From a virus (taxonomy: Duplodnaviria; Caudoviricetes): DNA of 64,000 bases. Every line of letters starts with the position of its first letter. The first letter of the stretch is position 1. The DNA is taken from the IMG/VR virus record IMGVR_UViG_3300010346_001007, positions 55,435-119,434 of that record. The stretch is one strand, 5' to 3'. Both the position numbers and the translations under genes were made by a program. A model generated the notes under the pieces. The model worked only from the letters and a program-made list of their open reading frames with translations. It was not told the DNA's origin and ran no database searches. Positions 59,127 to 64,000 of this stretch are shown piece after piece.

Positions 59127-59492
59127 ATGAAGTCTAAAAAAAGAAGCATTGCATGGAAAGTGGTAAAATTAAGTGAAAACAATCAATATCTCAGTGCATG
59201 TATTATATTACCCTCTACGTACAGTTTCAATAAATGGACCTATCCCGACGTTGAACGGGGATATTTTTCATTTTTATATGTTTTTAAGACCCGTCAACAG
59301 GCTATAAATTTTCGTCGAGGATTAGAAAAAATACATCCATCAAATAGGTATCGAGTATTTAAATGCAAAGTTAAAAATGCGGAGGAACATAAAGATGTTA
59401 TAACTTATAATGGATTTCAATCTATATCAAGTAAATATCCATATGCACCAGAAGGCACATTATTTGCGGATGCAGTTAAACTAATAAAATAA
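59127..59492 (+). CDS. Hypothetical protein, AWKVV...PxGTLF family
   Basis: AWKVV, NKWTY, LYVFK.RQ, YRVFKC.V and PEGTLFADAVKL. Confidence 0.65.
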   Translation: MKSKKRSIAWKVVKLSENNQYLSACIILPSTYSFNKWTYPDVERGYFSFLYVFKTRQQAINFRRGLEKIHPSNRYRVFKCKVKNAEEHKDVITYNGFQSISSKYPYAPEGTLFADAVKLIK

Positions 59493-59513
59493 TTTTTTAA
59501 GTCCTAATATTAT

Positions 59514-61586
59514 ATGAATAAAATACAAACACGAGAAGATTTATTGCGCCATATTAATCAGAAAGAATCTGAATTAAAAGAAGTTGCCAGCAAATTAAAA
59601 CAAGATTTTGTGGGATTAGATAATGTTATTAACGATTTAATTAGTAGTATTAAAATTTGGTATATTTTTCCCGAATTACAATTGCGTCCTACTATCGTAT
59701 GTCTATGGGGACTTACCGGAGTAGGAAAGACCGATATGGTTAGAAAATTGGTTTCATATTTAAAAATTCAAGACCGATTTTTGGAAATAGAAATGACCAG
59801 TAGTGGAGAGGGTCATCGAACCATTCAACATCGGCTAGAAGAATCTTCTATTTCTTCTAGTGACCAATGTATTCTTTTACTAGATGAATTTCAGAAATTT
59901 CGCACTATCGATGAAGATGGTACAGCTACACAAAATTCGGCATATTCTGACGTATGGACACTATTAAGCGATGGAAAATTTAGTTCAAACTTGACTAAAA
60001 AAACGGAACTTTTGGACCAAATGTTAAGTAATAAATATTATAAAGATTGGTCTGAATTCGAAAACAGTCAACAAGAAGATAGCAATGATGATGATGTAGA
60101 TATAACTGAAACGATGGAAAATGGAAAGCCGGTTAGTGCGGCTCAATCCAAAAAGAAAGTAAACCCAGCCAAGCCAATTGAACGGATATATTATACTCCA
60201 GTATATTTGGCCCGCCGGATTAAACGTCTATTCCGATTGGAAGAGGATATAGAAACTATCATGCGGTGGAAAGACCAAGACATTTATAATTTATATGATA
60301 CCTGTTTAAATAATACTAAACTTTACGAAGGTGAAGAGTATAAAAAAATGCTTATTATCGTTTCGGGAAATTTGGATGAAGCATATCATATGGCATTTGA
60401 AGTGAGTGAGGCTGATGCCGATGCCGACTTTTATCATGGACTAAGCAAGAAAATTACAGTTATTGATATTAAAGATGCATTGTTAAAAAGATTTAGACCG
60501 GAACAAATTGCCCGGTTCGGAAATTCACACATATTATATCCTTCATTATCTCGTAAAGATTTCATGGAAATTATTGTTCGTAAGTGTAAAAATATTACGG
60601 ACTTAATCAAAACACAAAAAGATATTAGTTTTAATTTAGATAAATCGGTTTATGAAGTAATTTATAATAACGGTGTATTCCCAACGCAAGGCGTTCGGCC
60701 TTTGTTATCTACCATTACTAATATTTTATCTGTTGCTATACCTACGTTCATTTATAAATGTTTATTGGCAAATATTAATGTATGTGATGTATTTGTTGAA
60801 GAAAATAAAATGTATGCATACATTAATAATAAGAAGGAATTTGAAATTATACCTACAATTCTTGATCAAATGCGTGAAGAAATAGTTGAAGATAAAAAAT
60901 ATGCTTGTGCAGTACATGAATTAGGACATGCAGTAATTTATTGTTTATTATACAATACTCCTCCCGCTCAAATATGTGTTAACTCCGTTAGTGCGATTAA
61001 AAGTGGATTTATTATTCCACATGCAAAACTTGGTAATAAATCTCAAATTATAGATACAATAAGAATTCTATTAGCTGGACAGTGTGCAGAAAATATGGTA
61101 TTTGGTCATAACATGGTAAGTGACGGGTCAGCAGAGGATATTAAGCAAGTTACATCATGTATGTGGAATATTTATTGTAAACAAGGATTAGATAGATTTA
61201 GTACAACCCAGACTCACGAATTTAAAGATTATTCTAATATCATTCCGGCAGAATTATATTTAGAAATGGACAACGTCGTTTCAGATATTAAGCATGAAGT
61301 GATGGAATTACTGGTGGAACATCAGGAAATATATAAATTTCTATTGACTAAACTATTGACCAACGAAACATTAAATGCCGATGATTTTATTGAAGCATTC
61401 CAATCTTATTATAACATTAAATTGAATAAAATAGAAATCGGAAAACATATATCATCAGGATATAAAGCATTAACTGAAAAATTTATTAGTGGAAAATCTA
61501 CTTATGTGAATATTATAGATATTTCCCCGGAATCTAAACCCAAAATTCAAAAGAAAATACCCCGATTAGATGTAAAACGAAAATAA
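59514..61586 (+). CDS. AAA+ ATPase (ClpB-D2-like) fused to M41/FtsH-like Zn peptidase
   Basis: GLTGVGKT, LLDEF, FRPEQIARF and GVRP; AVHELGHA...LLAG..AE....G...DI. Confidence 0.85.
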   Translation: MNKIQTREDLLRHINQKESELKEVASKLKQDFVGLDNVINDLISSIKIWYIFPELQLRPTIVCLWGLTGVGKTDMVRKLVSYLKIQDRFLEIEMTSSGEGHRTIQHRLEESSISSSDQCILLLDEFQKFRTIDEDGTATQNSAYSDVWTLLSDGKFSSNLTKKTELLDQMLSNKYYKDWSEFENSQQEDSNDDDVDITETMENGKPVSAAQSKKKVNPAKPIERIYYTPVYLARRIKRLFRLEEDIETIMRWKDQDIYNLYDTCLNNTKLYEGEEYKKMLIIVSGNLDEAYHMAFEVSEADADADFYHGLSKKITVIDIKDALLKRFRPEQIARFGNSHILYPSLSRKDFMEIIVRKCKNITDLIKTQKDISFNLDKSVYEVIYNNGVFPTQGVRPLLSTITNILSVAIPTFIYKCLLANINVCDVFVEENKMYAYINNKKEFEIIPTILDQMREEIVEDKKYACAVHELGHAVIYCLLYNTPPAQICVNSVSAIKSGFIIPHAKLGNKSQIIDTIRILLAGQCAENMVFGHNMVSDGSAEDIKQVTSCMWNIYCKQGLDRFSTTQTHEFKDYSNIIPAELYLEMDNVVSDIKHEVMELLVEHQEIYKFLLTKLLTNETLNADDFIEAFQSYYNIKLNKIEIGKHISSGYKALTEKFISGKSTYVNIIDISPESKPKIQKKIPRLDVKRK

Positions 61587-61607
61587 ATTGTCGGTTGCAC
61601 TTTTTAA

Positions 61608-61650
61608 TTGACTTTTGATTTCAAGTGGGTATAATGGGGAAAATTGAAAA
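61608..61650 (+). promoter_or_regulatory. Promoter cassette copy 1 (near-duplicate of 62917-62960)
   Basis: ttgacttttgatttcaagtgggtataatggggaaaattgaaaa. Confidence 0.75.
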
Positions 61651-61841
61651 TGAAATTTAAACCTAAAACAGTTCAAGCCTGGAAAGTGTTGCGTCAGAAA
61701 GATGACGGCACTTTAATTGGCGCATGGTTTTGTAATGATGTAACATATATAACCCCAACATTTCAGGGAGACACACTTTTGGCAAAAGCAATACAATTAA
61801 TAGACGAATATCCCCGTGAAAATTGGATTAGACACAATTGA
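61644..61841 (+). CDS. Short (internally deleted) AWKV family member
   Basis: AWKVLR...GAW...TLLAKAIQLI. Confidence 0.45.
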   Translation: MKMKFKPKTVQAWKVLRQKDDGTLIGAWFCNDVTYITPTFQGDTLLAKAIQLIDEYPRENWIRHN

Positions 61842-62916
61842 TAAAACTCAATTCATGGTTCATTCCCATATAATAAATGGGGAAGAAGTATATCTTGTGC
61901 AGCCCCAACACGCCGGATGTTCGTGGACACAGGAAAATAAGTTCTTGCGATCATCTGTTTGGGATTCCGAAGGAAATTTAATTTCTGCCGGATTCCCCAA
62001 ATTTACCAATTGGGGAGAAAATATGGAAAATTTCCCCGTGCCCAATTCTTTACAAAATACTCAAATAATTGAAAAACTTGACGGGTCATTATTAATTGTA
62101 TCTAAATGGAAAGGCACATTTATTCTACGTACTCGGGGTACTGTGGATGCCTTTAAATTAGACAATGGGCATGAACTAACACAATTTAAACAAAAATATC
62201 TACACAAATTATCATCGCTTAATCCATCTGATACATGGGAAGGGTCATATTTGTTTGAATGGACCTCCCCATATCAAAGAATTATTTTAAATTATGGGGA
62301 TTCTCCCGAATGGTATTTAATTGGACATGTTAATCACAAAGATTATTCTTTGATGGACCAAGATTCATTAAATCAATGGGCCAAGTCAATTGAGTGTCCC
62401 CGTCCACTTAATTATATATTTCCAACGATTCGAGAATTAATTGAAACTATAGATGAATGGAAAGGAAAAGAGGGAGTAGTAATATATTCCAAATCGGGAC
62501 AAGTAATGCACAAAGTAAAGACTTTTTGGTATTTAACTTTACATCGAATGAAAGAGGCTTTATCTTCTTTTGATAAAGTAATAGATGTATGGTTTGAGCA
62601 AGATCAACCTTCTTATTCGGAATTTGAAAAATTTATAGTTAGTCAATTTGATTGGGAATTGTGGCAACAAATACGTGGCGATGCTTCTAAGATTTGTGAT
62701 GCTTCAAAGGGAGTCGACCAAATTGTTGCAGGGATGCAGAGATTCGTAGATGAAAAATTAAAAGTATTGCCTACTCGTAAAGAACAGGCGCAATTAATAA
62801 TTTCATCCTATGGACAAACAAATCGGGCATCTTTTGTGTTTAAATTGTTAGATGGAAAAGAATTAACTCCAACCGACCGAAAAAAATTGTTGTACCAAGT
62901 TTTGAAAATTTCTTAG
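61816..62916 (+). CDS. RNA ligase, T4 Rnl1-like
   Basis: R..V.D...I.AGFPKF.NWGE, EKLDGSL, RTRG, FE, EGVV and K.K..WY...H. Confidence 0.85.
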   Translation: MKIGLDTIDKTQFMVHSHIINGEEVYLVQPQHAGCSWTQENKFLRSSVWDSEGNLISAGFPKFTNWGENMENFPVPNSLQNTQIIEKLDGSLLIVSKWKGTFILRTRGTVDAFKLDNGHELTQFKQKYLHKLSSLNPSDTWEGSYLFEWTSPYQRIILNYGDSPEWYLIGHVNHKDYSLMDQDSLNQWAKSIECPRPLNYIFPTIRELIETIDEWKGKEGVVIYSKSGQVMHKVKTFWYLTLHRMKEALSSFDKVIDVWFEQDQPSYSEFEKFIVSQFDWELWQQIRGDASKICDASKGVDQIVAGMQRFVDEKLKVLPTRKEQAQLIISSYGQTNRASFVFKLLDGKELTPTDRKKLLYQVLKIS

Positions 62917-62960
62917 TTGACATTCGATTTCAAATGGGTACAATGGAAGTAAATTGAAAA
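62917..62960 (+). promoter_or_regulatory. Promoter cassette copy 2
   Basis: ttgacattcgatttcaaatgggtacaatggaagtaaattgaaaa. Confidence 0.75.
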
Positions 62961-62973
62961 TAGAAAGACGATT

Positions 62974-63219
62974 ATGGCTTATATAGAAAATGCAAATGAA
63001 GTTCCGAAAAACGAACAATATATAATTGTGTTGTTTAGACCTCCCGGAAGCAGTTTGGAAACCGCCCACGCAGTTTATTCTTATACAGATATAACGGAAT
63101 GGCAAAAAGACCTTATGCGTTATATGGCTAATAATACATCTCACGTAGCAGGAAAATTTATTCCTGTAGATGCTAAAGTAAAATTCGATCTGATTTTTGC
63201 CGATGGCACTACAACTTAA
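62974..63219 (+). CDS. Hypothetical protein
   Basis: 81 aa; C-terminus paralogous to the next ORF. Confidence 0.6.
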   Translation: MAYIENANEVPKNEQYIIVLFRPPGSSLETAHAVYSYTDITEWQKDLMRYMANNTSHVAGKFIPVDAKVKFDLIFADGTTT

Positions 63220-63221
63220 AC

Positions 63222-63275
63222 ATGAACTACCCCTACGCTAAAGACGTAGGAGTTTTCTGGCGACTCAAAGATAAA
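63222..63275. mobile_element. 54-bp hairpin mini-element, copy 2
   Basis: Identical to 14612-14665. Confidence 0.7.
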
Positions 63276-63416
63276 AAAGAATGGGAAGAGGAACTCGCTC
63301 GGCATATAATTAATAATGTTCCACATATAGCTGGAAAGTTTATTCCAGTGGAAGCAAACGTAAATCTTGATTTAAATTTTAAAAATAGTAATAACCTCCA
63401 AATACAAAAAACATGA
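63222..63416 (+). CDS. Chimeric ORF: element-encoded N-terminus plus paralog of the 62974 C-terminus
   Basis: First 18 codons are the element; EWEEELARHIINNVPHIAGKFIPV matches EWQKDLMRYMANNTSHVAGKFIPV. Confidence 0.55.
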   Translation: MNYPYAKDVGVFWRLKDKKEWEEELARHIINNVPHIAGKFIPVEANVNLDLNFKNSNNLQIQKT

Positions 63417-63772
63417 ATAAATGTGAATGCGAAAATTCTGCCGAAAGTATAATTTCGGAATATTTTTATCAACATTTCAAAAAAAATCCCGACCATCAAT
63501 TTAAGATTGAATTAATCAATTTAATCGAACAGAAAAAAGGAATGGAAATTTGGGATGCTTTTATTAAAAAACTAATCCGTATGCAATTGGAAGACTATAC
63601 TCCAATGTATAAACCTTCATATGATGCGGCTGCCGAAGCATATCAAAAAGTAAAACACTTGAAAAACCCCGACAATCTTCTAATGCTTATTTGTCTTAAA
63701 TATCTTGGAAGAAATTTTTCAAATACAATGAAATCTATTATATATGAATACATATTATTTAAAAAACACTGA
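63413..63772 (+). CDS. Hypothetical protein
   Basis: 119-aa ORF with ATGA overlap. Confidence 0.55.
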   Translation: MNKCECENSAESIISEYFYQHFKKNPDHQFKIELINLIEQKKGMEIWDAFIKKLIRMQLEDYTPMYKPSYDAAAEAYQKVKHLKNPDNLLMLICLKYLGRNFSNTMKSIIYEYILFKKH

Positions 63773-63808
63773 AAATTGTATCATGTAATTATTTAATATA
63801 ATTTATAT

Positions 63809-64000
63809 ATGAAAATACTAAAAACGCTATCAACTGCTCTCAATGAAAAAGATGTTGAAAATGCCTGGAGAGCATTTCTCAGTAAAGAATATAAATGTGA
63901 TATTGTTTCACCATTTAAAACCGATGGATATTTTGAATATTTAGATGCCCGAGTTCTTTGCGAATTTAAAGAAGACATCGAAATGACTGACATTAATAGT
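63809..64000 (+). CDS. N-terminus of a PD-(D/E)xK restriction-modification-like protein, 3'-truncated by window
   Basis: Translated by hand: NEKDVENAWR...SPFKTDG...LCEFK; open to the window end. Confidence 0.55.
   Translation, partial: MKILKTLSTALNEKDVENAWRAFLSKEYKCDIVSPFKTDGYFEYLDARVLCEFKEDIEMTDINS

Noticed and set aside
1-64000. Stop-codon reassignment (common in some large phages)
   Set aside because: Conserved enzymes are full-length in the standard code, and TAA, TAG and TGA all end genes at sensible positions.
1-64000. Cellular (bacterial or archaeal) chromosome origin
   Set aside because: rIIA/rIIB, phage-type ligases, many short orphan genes with individual promoters, and no housekeeping operons indicate a large phage.

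Overview
AT-rich, densely coding 64-kb segment of a large (jumbo/huge, T4-like) bacteriophage genome read in the standard genetic code. It carries: T4-like rIIA/rIIB; DNA ligase, DHFR, ThyA and dCMP deaminase; an intein-containing SF2 helicase; HNH nucleases; four beta-class DNA methyltransferases; seven glycosyltransferase-like genes plus gmd; tRNA-Arg(UCU); putative head-internal and Ig/PKD/FN3 virion proteins; an RNA-repair set (two RNA ligases, a receiver-like/PNK fusion, three metallophosphoesterases, a Ro60/TROVE-like DUF2828 vWA protein); a WGR-PARP; and a PncA-PncB-NadE NAD salvage cluster. The most notable non-obvious signals are: (1) two stem-closed RTACAGCAA ncRNA-like units upstream of the TROVE-like gene; (2) a 222-nt stem-closed element with 7-nt periodicity downstream of a DIP1984-like gene; (3) a CCC-UGA +1 frameshift site that would append an Ig-like domain to a PKD protein; (4) an identical 54-bp IS200/IS605(IscB)-end-like hairpin element at two loci; (5) a deamidated-route NAD salvage pathway alongside a phage PARP; and (6) two promoter classes, TTGAC-N16-TATAAT (often leaderless) and TATTTAT. 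All product calls come from motif recognition by eye; no database search was run.
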